IMG/VR virus record: IMGVR_UViG_3300023055_000005 | Direction: 5' to 3' (one strand) | Length of the DNA stretch: 64,000 bases | Origin: a virus | Lineage: Duplodnaviria > Caudoviricetes | Program-made: the position numbers and the translations under genes | Part shown: positions 44,885 through 54,788 of the stretch, piece by piece | Layout of the letters: each line of letters begins with the position of its first letter | Position numbering within the stretch: the first letter of the stretch is position 1 | The notes under the pieces: generated by a model | Told to the model about the DNA's origin: nothing | Seen by the model: the letters and a program-made list of their open reading frames with translations, nothing else | The model's database searches: none

Positions 44885-45295
44885 ATGACCCCGCTTTCGA
44901 AGCTGCCCCTGAACTCCACCGTGTCTTTCGACCTGTACCCGTCGTACATCATCGGGACCGGTTACAACTTCGCCAAAGTGCTTGCACACCTGGATGCTGA
45001 CACGGCGCGGGCGCTCGGCGTGGACACCCAGGCCAAGCACAACAACGTTTACCCGACCCTGCCCTCGGACGTTCCCAATCGTCCCAGTGCGTACCCGTGG
45101 GTCAAGCTGCGCCTGCAGAATGGCGAAACCGTCATCATCGGCGTGGCGTGGATCAAGGAACAAACGATCAAAGTGCTCAACGCCAAGCGCGTGCGCTGGC
45201 AAACCAACATCACCAGTGACGACGATGCAGCACTGATCGTTCGCGTACTGGCGGCCAATGGTTTCCAGGCGTTGGACATGGAAGTGATCGAATAA
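44885..45295 (+). CDS. Conserved protein upstream of the DNA polymerase (phiKZ gp49-like)
   Basis: VSFDLYP..IIG and IG.AWI motifs; synteny. Confidence 0.65.
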   Translation: MTPLSKLPLNSTVSFDLYPSYIIGTGYNFAKVLAHLDADTARALGVDTQAKHNNVYPTLPSDVPNRPSAYPWVKLRLQNGETVIIGVAWIKEQTIKVLNAKRVRWQTNITSDDDAALIVRVLAANGFQALDMEVIE

Positions 45296-45373
45296 AGACA
45301 GCCGGGTAGGCTATTATATACAGAAGCCTGGGTCGTTTCTGTCGTGCTTGTACTGGCTTACCCGCACTCTTTA

Positions 45374-45404
45374 GCCAGGCCTTCGGGCCTGGCCTTTTTA
45401 TGCC
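45374..45404 (+). terminator. Terminator (hairpin, T tract, TATGCC)
   Basis: GCCAGGCC-TTCG-GGCCTGGC-CTTTTTATGCC. Confidence 0.8.
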
Positions 45405-45461
45405 CTTATTTTCTTTTTCTACATACCGGGGCTATCTAGTGTACCTTAGGCGGAGCAGTAC

Positions 45462-47807
45462 ATGAAACACTTCATCATGGCGAAAGACGATTACAAACGG
45501 GACGTGAATATGGTCCCGGCGTACGTTCGAGATTGCGCCACGTATCTTCAACTTGACACCGGTATCGACTTCGACGAATGCGTTGACTACGTCCGCACTC
45601 AGGTCGGTCCGGGCGGCGCCCTGGAAATCAAAGCCCCGGAAGTGATGTGTCTGAGCAAGGACACTCCGGGCAATCGTGTCCAACGGACCATGTCCCTGGA
45701 TCAGTACATCGGCGAAGCAGTACAGGCCGGTGACATCATCAGTCCCACGATGGCAGTCTACGCAAATCCACTGCGTCATGAATCCATCCTGGGCAAGTAC
45801 GTTGCTGGTAACCTGACCAAGCGACAGGTGGCAAAGCATGAGATGTTCACGGCTCAGTCTGAAGCCGACATCTTCAAGCTCAATGGGGACATGGAGTCCT
45901 ACAAGCGCTACTCGGCGCTGGCCGGTCAGAAGGACGCAGAGCAGTCCTCGACGAAGGTCAAGAACAACTCGCTGTCCGGTGCACACGCCGCACAGCACAC
46001 CCCGCTGTACAACAAGTCTTCTCACAGTACCCTGACCAGCTCGTGCCGCTCGGCTACCTCGTATGGCAACGCCAGTAACGAGAAGTTCCTGTACGGCAAT
46101 CGTCACTACTGGTCGGCGGAGTTGGTCAAGGCCAACATCATCTCGATCATCAACACTGCGGACCTGCCCAAGATCACCGCAGCAATGTCCAAGTACAACC
46201 TGGTCTATCCGACGCTGGAACAGACCATGGCCTGCATTACCCGCTCCAGTGACCTGTACTGGCGCGATGCAATGGAAGGTGAATCCATCCGTGCACTGGT
46301 TACTCGTCTGAGCCCGGTGCAGCGCGCTGCCGTGGTTTACGTGGGTGATTTCTACCATCTGGCCGAGTACAACCACGACTTCTGCCACAAGTTCCTGGAC
46401 CTGCTGTCGAGCAAGGCAACGGTTCCGCTGGGCGTGGAAGAAGCAGCTGCTCAGATCGGCGCAATGGATGATGACCTGAAGGCCTTCGTCTCGATGCTGT
46501 GCGAGCAGGAACTGTACGGCACCAGCATGAAGAAGCTGAAGGTGGAGAACCCGGAAGGCTACGGCATCCTGGGCGCTACCGCCAAGGCGATCCCGGAAGT
46601 GCTGGACTACTACGCCGACATGATCCAGGCGCTGTGGGTCACCAACTGCATGCCCGCATCCATTGCTGCATTGCCGACCATCATCCGACGTTGCGCCATT
46701 GCCTCGGATACTGACTCGACGATCTTCACCACCCAGCACTGGACCAACTGGTTCGTGGGCAAGATGGACTTCTCCCCGAAGTCGCGTGCTATCTCCAGCA
46801 CCATGGTCTATCTGGCATCGCAGGCTATCCGTCACATCCTGGCAAAGCTGTCGGTCAACATGGGTGTCACCCGTGAGAACCTGCACAAGCTGGCCATGAA
46901 GAACGAGTACGCCTTCCCGGTGTTCGCACTGACCGGCCGTGCCAAGCACTACTACGCCAGCATGTCGGCCCGAGAGGGTAACGTGTACGTGGAGTTCAAG
47001 AAGGAGATCAAGGGCGTTGCGCTGCGTAACTCCAACGTGCCCAAGCATGTCAATGACAAGGCGCACGGGTTGATCGATGAGATCATGGATACGGTCTACA
47101 AGGGCGAGAAGCTTTCGCTCACCAAGATCACCAAGACCATCAGCAACATGGAAGACAGCATCCGCAACTCGATCTTGAATGGTAAGTACGACTACATGAC
47201 GCGGTTGCAGATCCGTGACGTGACGTCCTACACCAAGCCTGATTCCTCAGTGTTCGTTTACTACGACCTGTGGGAGACGGTGTTCGCTCCGAAGTACGGT
47301 CATGCAGAAGCGCCGCCGTACGGTGCGATCAAGATCGCGATGAATACCGAGAAGCCTGCCAAGTTGAAGGCATGGTTGGCTGGGATTGAAGATCGGGCAC
47401 TGGCTGAACGTCTGATCAAGTGGTTGGAGGCACGCGGCAAGAAGCACATCACCGCGCTGTACCTGCCGGAAGCAATCCTCTCCACGACCGGTATCCCCAA
47501 GGAAGTCATCTCGGGTGTCAACATCCGTAAGCTGATCTTCGCCACGATGGAACCGTTCTACCTGATCCTGGAGTCGCTGAACATCCACATGAAGAACAAG
47601 TGGCTGACGCGACTGGTCTCTGACAAGGTTGAGCTGATCATGGCTACGCCTACTCTGGACACCACGGTTCTTGAAATCGAACCTGATGAAGCCAACGAAG
47701 ATCCATTTGCGGGTGCATACGCAAACCTGGATGTCGATGGTTCCAGTGAACTGGACTGGTTCGACGAGGAAGCTGAGGAAGAGGACGAAGAGGAAGAAGA
47801 CGCGTAA
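45462..47807 (+). CDS. Family B DNA polymerase, polymerase-domain subunit (phiKZ gp50-like; split enzyme)
   Basis: KVKNNSLSG (motif B-like), SDTDSTIF (motif C), KHY and KGV motifs; no proofreading exonuclease motifs recognised; acidic C-terminal tail. Confidence 0.9.
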   Translation: MKHFIMAKDDYKRDVNMVPAYVRDCATYLQLDTGIDFDECVDYVRTQVGPGGALEIKAPEVMCLSKDTPGNRVQRTMSLDQYIGEAVQAGDIISPTMAVYANPLRHESILGKYVAGNLTKRQVAKHEMFTAQSEADIFKLNGDMESYKRYSALAGQKDAEQSSTKVKNNSLSGAHAAQHTPLYNKSSHSTLTSSCRSATSYGNASNEKFLYGNRHYWSAELVKANIISIINTADLPKITAAMSKYNLVYPTLEQTMACITRSSDLYWRDAMEGESIRALVTRLSPVQRAAVVYVGDFYHLAEYNHDFCHKFLDLLSSKATVPLGVEEAAAQIGAMDDDLKAFVSMLCEQELYGTSMKKLKVENPEGYGILGATAKAIPEVLDYYADMIQALWVTNCMPASIAALPTIIRRCAIASDTDSTIFTTQHWTNWFVGKMDFSPKSRAISSTMVYLASQAIRHILAKLSVNMGVTRENLHKLAMKNEYAFPVFALTGRAKHYYASMSAREGNVYVEFKKEIKGVALRNSNVPKHVNDKAHGLIDEIMDTVYKGEKLSLTKITKTISNMEDSIRNSILNGKYDYMTRLQIRDVTSYTKPDSSVFVYYDLWETVFAPKYGHAEAPPYGAIKIAMNTEKPAKLKAWLAGIEDRALAERLIKWLEARGKKHITALYLPEAILSTTGIPKEVISGVNIRKLIFATMEPFYLILESLNIHMKNKWLTRLVSDKVELIMATPTLDTTVLEIEPDEANEDPFAGAYANLDVDGSSELDWFDEEAEEEDEEEEDA

Positions 47808-47809
47808 GG

Positions 47810-47850
47810 GCATAGAGGCAGGGGCTTGCGCCCCTGCCTCTGCTTTATGT
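47810..47850. terminator. CATA-hairpin-TATG element between convergent genes
   Basis: GCAT-AGAGGCAGGGGC-TTGC-GCCCCTGCCTCT-GCTTTATGT. Confidence 0.75.
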
Positions 47851-48939
47851 CCCTGGTACGTTGAGGAACCGGGAGATGTTGGTGTTGATCTCATCCATCG
47901 ACTTGTCAAACGCCGTGTCATCCAGACCACCCCGCATCGAACGATCGCTCTCCATGATCTTCAGACCAATGGCAATCTCGTTGAGGTAGCGCTGATTGAC
48001 CTCACCATACAGCCCGCTGTTAGCCTGGACCAGATAGGAGATCACCGGGATGTGAGCCAACGTGATAGCCCAGTTCACATAACGGTTACGCAACGGCAGC
48101 TTGAAGTCCATGACCTCGCGAACGTTGTTCTTGGTGATAGCAGGCAGGCCCGCAATCATCGCAGGGAAGTCAGCACGGCGCGTCTTGGAGACATGCACGT
48201 ACTGCTCCAGAACCTCGTTGACAAGGTCGTGGTAGTCGTTCAGAGCGAAGCTGTTGGTGTTACGCGTCTTGGGAATAGCAATCCCCATCAGCTGATACAG
48301 CATGCGGTTGAACAGCGCCACATCCAGCTGAGAGCGCATCATGTTGGCCAACGGCACCTGAGCCAGGAACTGGACGATGGCCATGTTGCGATCGGGGAAT
48401 GCGCCCTGAGCATCGGACCACATCTTGAACTGCGCACCGAGCATGGGCAGGTTGACCAGAATCACGCTGATCCCATCGAAGCTGTTACGCCCGTTGGGGA
48501 AAGGCATGTTCAGATCAGTGGAAGGATGACGCAGTACGCGCACCGATTCCAGATCCTGCCAGGTGTCCTCGATACCAGTAACATCGAAGTCAGTGATGTC
48601 AGCAATCACCACCTCATTGCTACCCTTGCCGTAGAACGAACCATTGCGCGTCATCTCACCCTTGGAGAGAATCGACGTCATCTGGTAGGACATTGACCGG
48701 TTCAACGCCATGTCAGCGAAGCGGTCTTTGTAAGTTCTTACGTCCAAGGACAATGGTACGGAGGTGGATGCCAGGAAGCGTGAAAGAATGTGCGTTGTGG
48801 CTACGGACTGCGGATTTTGGCGATGCCAGTTGATCGCCGTGGACAGGTTCTGTTGGAGCTGCCGACGGACGTATTCAAACCGACCTATCACAACCTGACC
48901 GCGACTCCACGTCGCTGAGGGGTTGAAGATGTCGAGCAT
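47845..48939 (-). CDS. Conserved virion protein (phiKZ gp52-like)
   Basis: 364 aa on the minus strand between the DNA polymerase and chimallin genes, as in phiKZ-like synteny. Confidence 0.65.
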   Translation of the reverse strand: MLDIFNPSATWSRGQVVIGRFEYVRRQLQQNLSTAINWHRQNPQSVATTHILSRFLASTSVPLSLDVRTYKDRFADMALNRSMSYQMTSILSKGEMTRNGSFYGKGSNEVVIADITDFDVTGIEDTWQDLESVRVLRHPSTDLNMPFPNGRNSFDGISVILVNLPMLGAQFKMWSDAQGAFPDRNMAIVQFLAQVPLANMMRSQLDVALFNRMLYQLMGIAIPKTRNTNSFALNDYHDLVNEVLEQYVHVSKTRRADFPAMIAGLPAITKNNVREVMDFKLPLRNRYVNWAITLAHIPVISYLVQANSGLYGEVNQRYLNEIAIGLKIMESDRSMRGGLDDTAFDKSMDEINTNISRFLNVPGT

Positions 48940-49098
48940 TGAGTGCTCCAGAATAAGTGGTAAGCTACACAGTATTTGCAGGACTAGCTGCAGGGAGTGC
49001 GTGTAAAAAATTACGCATTCTCACCCTATGCTATAGGGAAACAACCCTTCGGCAGCTTCGGCTGCTGAGATATGCGGGGAGCGTACGTTCCGAACAAT

Positions 49099-49138
49099 TC
49101 GATTCAAACGCTTTTTAAGCATATATCATCCAATTGAC
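49099..49138 (+). promoter_or_regulatory. Early promoter of chimallin
   Basis: TCGATTCAAACGCTTTTTAAGCATATATCATCCAATTGAC, near-identical to 19463-19502. Confidence 0.75.
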
Positions 49139-49193
49139 GTATCCCAAAGATGCGTTGCGCGCAATCCATCAAAACCAGAAGAAGGTAGAAACA

Positions 49194-51173
49194 ATGAGTG
49201 TGAACACCGAAGAAAACGGCGCCCAGGCCAACTCCCGTGATCGTGCACGTGAATCCGTGCCGAGCAACAGCGAGCGCCGCGAAGACCGCAGCGACCGTCA
49301 GGCCGAAGGCCGTGCCAACCGCGAAACGCGCGCCAACCGCCGTGCCAGCGTCTCCAGCATCGAAGCCGATCTGGCGCGCCCGATGTCCATCGAAGGCAAC
49401 GGCGAACTGCTGACCGTCGTCAAGAACAAGATCCAGGACATCCTGAAGGACAACCTGAAGTCGACCTACGACGGCAGCTTCGGCGTGCTGGCCCTGGATC
49501 GCAACCAGATCAAGACCGGCTTCTCGGTCCTGGTGATCTACTTCAATGAGCGTTCGGGCAACAGCCAGTACACCGGCGCGTTCAAGCTGATCCTGGAAGG
49601 CACCGGCAGCGGCGCCCGCCTGACCCGTCCGGTCAACATCGGTTCGAGCAGCTACACCCGCCAGCTGGTTGCCGGCGACCTGGAAGGCCCGGCCCTGACC
49701 GACAAGATCAGCCGTGCGCTGGCCGAACTGAGCGGCGCCAGCGTCGAGCTGTACGACGCCGGCACGATGGTGATCCACAACACCGTGGACCCGGAGAAGC
49801 ACGAAGGCAAGCTGAAGCAGTGCGTGCAGATCGCCACCCAGGCCTGCTTCACCGTCCTGGACCGCGCCACCGGCCAGCAGGAAACCCCCTTCTCGCCGCA
49901 GCTGCTGGGCAAGAAGACCGTCCTGTCCGTGAACATCGACAGCAACCCGACCCCGCTGGTCTCCGCCGGTGGTCTGCCGATCCGTACCGACTTCTCCATC
50001 GAACTGTCCGCCAGCGAAAACCGCAGCCGCGATGATCGTGACCGTGACGATGCCACCGACGAAGAAGTGCTGCACAGCACCGACGTTGGCCTGACCCGCC
50101 TCGACGGCTACATGGACCTGGTGTACATCCCGCAGGGCCGCGACAACGACCGCCGTCGTGACCGTCGCAACCGTCGCGACTACGTCGATCCGCTCTACCA
50201 GCCGGCGCTGGTCATCACCCGTGCGGCCAACCGCATCTCGGCGCTGACCATGGAGCTGTTCCTGCTCGCCATCGCGACCTCCACCATCATGGATCGTCGC
50301 CAGGAGTGGGTGAACCAGTTCCTGCGCCACGACGACGCCCGTGCTCACCTGCGTGACATCGGCGCCATCGGCTACGAGCTGGCCCCGCACCTGGAGCCGG
50401 GCGCCAAGGGCGAGCTGATCGACACCACCCGTGCCGACTTCGATCGTCGCGCTCTGAACGAGCTGATCGAAGATGCCATGTCCCCGGACCTCGTCGTGCG
50501 CATGCACATCGAAGAATCCGGCGACCAGTCCTGGCTGTCGCTGGCGCTGCTGGCTGCGGCTGAAGGTGGCAAGGGTAGCGGTGACGTGGCCGACATGATC
50601 TACAAGGCTGCCGACAACCTGACCGACGGCAACTTCGGTGATCGCTTCAAGGAACTGGGCGGCAGCAAGATCGCGATCGACCTGAGCGACCGCATCATCC
50701 TGGGCACGTACAAGGACAAGCACGGCGAAACGCGCGACCCGCGTGAAGTCGATGACTACCTGGCCTCGCTGAACCTGTTCGGCAAGAACGACATGGACAT
50801 CGTCGAAGACCTGTCGATGACCCATGACGACGTCGATGCGCCGCTGGCGGTCCGCCTGCACAAGCGTACCGAGATCCTCCGTCACGCCACCAACGAGACG
50901 CTGGAAATCAAGGCCTACGCCCGCGCCATCGAGTTCACCTCCGAGTTCATCGAAGCGCTGGTGCTCGGCCTGCAGGACGCCGACATGGACATGCGTTCCA
51001 ACAGCCTGAACATGGACTACCGCCAGGGCACCAGCCGTGGTCGTGCCGACGCCACCCGCAACGCCATCCGTTCGGACCGCGTGTCGAGCCTGTACCGCGA
51101 CGGCGGCCGCGAGCGCGATACCGGTGGCCGTGGTTCGGCCTTCGGCCGTGGTCGTTACGCCAACCGCTGGTAA
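49194..51173 (+). CDS. chmA: Chimallin, major nuclear shell protein (phiKZ gp54-like)
   Basis: 659 aa with extreme codon bias, directly upstream of the nvRNAP beta-prime gene. It has a disordered N-terminus, GLPIRTDF.I.L, GY.DLVY.P and LLAIATS motifs, and a Gly/Arg/aromatic C-terminal tail. Confidence 0.88.
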   Translation: MSVNTEENGAQANSRDRARESVPSNSERREDRSDRQAEGRANRETRANRRASVSSIEADLARPMSIEGNGELLTVVKNKIQDILKDNLKSTYDGSFGVLALDRNQIKTGFSVLVIYFNERSGNSQYTGAFKLILEGTGSGARLTRPVNIGSSSYTRQLVAGDLEGPALTDKISRALAELSGASVELYDAGTMVIHNTVDPEKHEGKLKQCVQIATQACFTVLDRATGQQETPFSPQLLGKKTVLSVNIDSNPTPLVSAGGLPIRTDFSIELSASENRSRDDRDRDDATDEEVLHSTDVGLTRLDGYMDLVYIPQGRDNDRRRDRRNRRDYVDPLYQPALVITRAANRISALTMELFLLAIATSTIMDRRQEWVNQFLRHDDARAHLRDIGAIGYELAPHLEPGAKGELIDTTRADFDRRALNELIEDAMSPDLVVRMHIEESGDQSWLSLALLAAAEGGKGSGDVADMIYKAADNLTDGNFGDRFKELGGSKIAIDLSDRIILGTYKDKHGETRDPREVDDYLASLNLFGKNDMDIVEDLSMTHDDVDAPLAVRLHKRTEILRHATNETLEIKAYARAIEFTSEFIEALVLGLQDADMDMRSNSLNMDYRQGTSRGRADATRNAIRSDRVSSLYRDGGRERDTGGRGSAFGRGRYANRW

Positions 51174-51216
51174 GCAACAAGCGCACTGCGCAAGTAGTGT
51201 GTTGATGTAGATGAGA

Positions 51217-51250
51217 GGCCGGGGGGTAAAACCCCCGGTCTTTCTTTTTT
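51217..51250 (+). terminator. Intrinsic terminator after chimallin
   Basis: GGCCGGGGG-GTAAAA-CCCCCGGTC-TTTCTTTTTT. Confidence 0.8.
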
Positions 51251-51277
51251 GTCTCTATGCCCTAGCGGAGATTTTCC

Positions 51278-52696
51278 TTGTCAATCATGTTTGAGATCGT
51301 GGACCATAACAAGCTGTTCCAGAGCTTGTCCGTGGATCCGCTTTTCATCAACGATTTCGATTTGAAAACGGAAGAGGACCGTAAGCGGCTCGACTCACGA
51401 CTGTTCACACGTTACGAGGGCGACTCGCCTTTGGACGTATTGCCGCGCTGCCAGTGCGGTCACCTGACAGGCGGACGCTTCACCGGGATGATCTGTCCCG
51501 AGTGCGGCTACCAATGTCTGGTGGTCAGTGAGCGCAACATCGAATCGGACATGTGGATGGCGCCACCGGAAGGTGTGCGTGCTTTCATCAATCCACTGAT
51601 CTGGGTCATCTTCAGCAAGTACATGACCCACTCCGGTTTCAACGTTCTGGAATACCTGGTCAACCCGTATTACAAGGCCAACCGCTATCCCGAGCAAATC
51701 ATGGAGCGCCTGCGTCGTGCAGACATTCCACGGGGTATCAACTTCTTCCATGACAATTTCGACAAGATCTTCGAGATTCTCATGAAGGAGCGCCTGCTGA
51801 ACATCCGCAAGGATGAGAAGGCTGACCTGATCCAGTTCGTCAACGAGAACCGCCCCGCAATCTTCTCCAAGTACCTGCCGATCCCCAACAAGATGTCTTT
51901 CGTGGCAGAAGACACCAGCGTTGGGTTCTTCATGGACACGCAAATGGCCACCCCGGCCTTTGCTGCATTCCGGACGATCTCCGGTGCTGTGAACTCGGTA
52001 AGGCCGCTCTCGCTGGATGTCCTCCAGTCACGAGCAGTGAAAGCCAACGTGCTGATGACTCAGTACTACATGGCCTTCCATGGCAAACCCTTCGGTGCAC
52101 GTGAAGGGTGGTCGCGTAAACACATCTTCGGCTCGCGTCTGTTCTTCAGCGCACGAGCAGTGATCTCCTCGCTCAGCGAGAACCATCACTACGAAGAAGC
52201 GCACCTGCCGTGGTCCCTGGCCGTGGTCGGTTACAAGCTCCACATCCAGAACAAGCTCAAGCGGCTGGGCATGACGCCCAAGGAGGCCGCGCGATACATC
52301 AACGATCACACCCTGCGTTACGATCCGTTGATCGACAGCATCTTCAAGGAACTGATCGAAGAGTCGCCCCACGGCGGCCTGCCGATTATCCTGCAACGCA
52401 ATCCTACCCTTGACCGCCTGAGTGCTCAGCGGTTCTTGGTGACGAAGATCAAGACCAACGTACGTGACGTTACCATCTCCATGTCGGTGCTGACTCTGGT
52501 CGGCCCCAACGCAGATTACGATGGCGACGCCCTGAACGTTATCCTGATTCTCGACAAGGATATGTATGACAAGCTTCAACGCCTGTCACCCCACCTCGGG
52601 GTGCTGGACTTGATGGCCCCGCGAACCATCTCCAATAACGTGAAGCTGCCGGGTCCGGTAGTCTCGACGATTGCAGACTGGCTCTCAAGAGCATAG
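51278..52696 (+). CDS. Non-virion RNA polymerase beta-prime N-terminal subunit (phiKZ gp55-like), uninterrupted
   Basis: Zn finger CQCG...CPEC, GSRLFFSARAVI, LQRNPTL and catalytic NADYDGD. Start is TTG 51278 or ATG 51287. Confidence 0.92.
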   Translation: MSIMFEIVDHNKLFQSLSVDPLFINDFDLKTEEDRKRLDSRLFTRYEGDSPLDVLPRCQCGHLTGGRFTGMICPECGYQCLVVSERNIESDMWMAPPEGVRAFINPLIWVIFSKYMTHSGFNVLEYLVNPYYKANRYPEQIMERLRRADIPRGINFFHDNFDKIFEILMKERLLNIRKDEKADLIQFVNENRPAIFSKYLPIPNKMSFVAEDTSVGFFMDTQMATPAFAAFRTISGAVNSVRPLSLDVLQSRAVKANVLMTQYYMAFHGKPFGAREGWSRKHIFGSRLFFSARAVISSLSENHHYEEAHLPWSLAVVGYKLHIQNKLKRLGMTPKEAARYINDHTLRYDPLIDSIFKELIEESPHGGLPIILQRNPTLDRLSAQRFLVTKIKTNVRDVTISMSVLTLVGPNADYDGDALNVILILDKDMYDKLQRLSPHLGVLDLMAPRTISNNVKLPGPVVSTIADWLSRA

Positions 52697-52710
52697 CGGG
52701 GATACGCGCG

Positions 52711-52745
52711 GCATACGGGAGGGGCGCAAGCCCCTCCCGCTATGT
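52711..52745 (+). terminator. CATA-hairpin-TATG element
   Basis: GCATA-CGGGAGGGGC-GCAA-GCCCCTCCCG-CTATGT. Confidence 0.7.
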
Positions 52746-52770
52746 TGTTTCTCAACTTGGATGATCCCCC

Positions 52771-53304
52771 ATGGACACCATAGACCCACAAGGTGATGAT
52801 AACCGTCATGAGCTGAATACTCTACTCCATCAAACTCTCCGGTCCTTCTCTCGCAGACACTACCGCATTCCTGCCCACTTCGGCGGAAAGCAGTTCTTGT
52901 GCAATGCAGAGAATGACTTCAAGGTCTGCTTGAATAAGCGGAACGTAGAGATCGTAGGATTCTCTCACGACGGCGAAAAGAAGCGTAACCTGCGGGTCTC
53001 TGAAGTACACGAGACGGTGAATAACCAAGCCCGTATGGAATACGTTGAACGTTTGCTGGAGTTGTACAAGAGGACGATCGACAAGGACCGTAGCGGGATC
53101 TACTACGTTTTGGAACATCCTTACCGCGAAGGCGCCATCAGGAATCGCTTGCTGTCCTTCGCCTCCACAGTGCTAAACGACAAGTTGCATCTGGGAGTTG
53201 AATATAGCTGTGCGTCTAACCTGATGCTTGTTACGATCAACAGTCACAAAGGCGATCGTCGATTGATGATGATGCCGATCACCCCCGTTCCAAGAATACT
53301 CTGA
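52771..53304 (+). CDS. Hypothetical protein (177 aa)
   Basis: Co-directional ORF with weaker codon bias. Confidence 0.7.
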   Translation: MDTIDPQGDDNRHELNTLLHQTLRSFSRRHYRIPAHFGGKQFLCNAENDFKVCLNKRNVEIVGFSHDGEKKRNLRVSEVHETVNNQARMEYVERLLELYKRTIDKDRSGIYYVLEHPYREGAIRNRLLSFASTVLNDKLHLGVEYSCASNLMLVTINSHKGDRRLMMMPITPVPRIL

Positions 53305-53408
53305 TCCAGTCCCCGTTAAGGGATCGCTGGGATTGCTGTACAATCGATGGCCTGTAATAGTTGGAAGAAGAAAAGAGTTCCCCCGCTCTTTTCTTTTGTC
53401 GTCAAAAC

Positions 53409-53429
53409 AGTTTCAGACCTACACTATCT
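53409..53429 (+). promoter_or_regulatory. Early-type promoter, identical to 41638-41658
   Basis: AGTTTCAGACCTACACTATCT. Confidence 0.7.
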
Positions 53430-53491
53430 AAAAGAATACGGATGAAGGGATATGGTGTGATGTATCCCTATTCCACCTAACGAGTCCAGAA

Positions 53492-54001
53492 ATGAAACAG
53501 GGGACAATTACCAAGGTGGCAATGGCGCTGTTTGAGGCCCTCGCGCCTGACTACTCAGAGGAAGAGAAGGTCAGATACGCGAAGCATTGCCACATGGTGA
53601 CCGAGCACACCAATCCACGACGGATTCGGTATCGGGCAGGAGAAGTGTCGCTGTCGGGGCGAGCCAAGAGTGTTGAACTCCAGGCCACGTACCACGGAAA
53701 GACTACCTACGCGTTTCATCCGCCGCTTCAGAACCTTGAAGCGGAGATCATCTTCGCCATCCTTGACTGCTACAAGAACGGTACTGGCATCAGCCACATC
53801 GTCTTGGAGGAGATCAACAAAGATGGCACGCAGCTCGCGGTTCGTGAGGTGTCGATCAAGGAACTGATGCGTATCATCGTACCCGAAGCCATTTTGCTGA
53901 AAGACAGCAATGCACGGGTCACGTTGGAGTTCGAAGACAAGTATCTACAATTAGGCGGCACAGGCGACGTTGCAGCGCGACGCGTCTACTTCCGCGAATA
54001 A
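53492..54001 (+). CDS. Hypothetical protein (169 aa)
   Basis: Lies between an early promoter and a terminator. Confidence 0.75.
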   Translation: MKQGTITKVAMALFEALAPDYSEEEKVRYAKHCHMVTEHTNPRRIRYRAGEVSLSGRAKSVELQATYHGKTTYAFHPPLQNLEAEIIFAILDCYKNGTGISHIVLEEINKDGTQLAVREVSIKELMRIIVPEAILLKDSNARVTLEFEDKYLQLGGTGDVAARRVYFRE

Positions 54002-54004
54002 ACC

Positions 54005-54034
54005 AGAGGAGGGCTACGGCCCTCCTCTATGCCC
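54005..54034 (+). terminator. Hairpin-TATGCC element
   Basis: AGAGGAGGGC-TACG-GCCCTCCTCT-ATGCCC. Confidence 0.7.
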
Positions 54035-54113
54035 TAATCCCATAGATTCTATTGAAAATGGACTAAAAAACTACATAGAGAACCTACCATATGCAATCAT
54101 TAGAGGAGCAGTA

Positions 54114-54734
54114 ATGGCCAGATTTTTCGAAGGGGATGAAGAGTCCTTTGACTACATGTTCTACGGGGAGCAAGACCGTAGGATGGAGTCGTTCATCTCT
54201 GACAGACTGGAACGTGCATCCTCAGGACTTCAGCGAGCAAGCTCGGAGTTCTTGGACCGTGCCAGAGGGATGTACGATCGTTTCTACAATTCGGATGCTG
54301 TCCGCTATGCTCGCGCTGCGGCGCGTGTGGTGGAAAGCGTTTGGATCAGTGATGAGGTTCGTCGCCTCACCAGCCTGAAGGCCCTGCAGACCGCCAAGCC
54401 GCGCATGCAGCGCTGGTTGATGGCTGAGCCCACCTACCGCAAGCTGTTCAATGAAGGCAAGGCTGCGGGCTATGGTGAGAGCTACGAGAACTTGGACCCC
54501 GGCAAGCTGGGTGAAGAGCACTACGACTATCGCCGCGTCATGTCTGGCATGATGATCGATGGTGAGGGTGACGAAGACTGGGTGGCAACGACCTACGACG
54601 AAGACCTGTACGACGAAAACGATCGTCTGTCGGTTGACGAGCAGGTGGACATCACCGAGTCCTGGCACCTGATGGCGCACTACGCCAAACTGGGCAAGAA
54701 TGACCCCGGCAGTCGTTTCGACGACGAGCTGTAA
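54114..54734 (+). CDS. Conserved chimallivirus core protein (phiKZ gp59-like)
   Basis: GAGGAG SD before ATG 54114; MQRWLMAEP..R, GYGESY and HYDYRRVMSG motifs. Confidence 0.7.
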   Translation: MARFFEGDEESFDYMFYGEQDRRMESFISDRLERASSGLQRASSEFLDRARGMYDRFYNSDAVRYARAAARVVESVWISDEVRRLTSLKALQTAKPRMQRWLMAEPTYRKLFNEGKAAGYGESYENLDPGKLGEEHYDYRRVMSGMMIDGEGDEDWVATTYDEDLYDENDRLSVDEQVDITESWHLMAHYAKLGKNDPGSRFDDEL

Positions 54735-54788
54735 GAAATGGTATAGGCCGCCTCCATTTGGGGGCGGCACATTTCAACGGAGCTCGCA

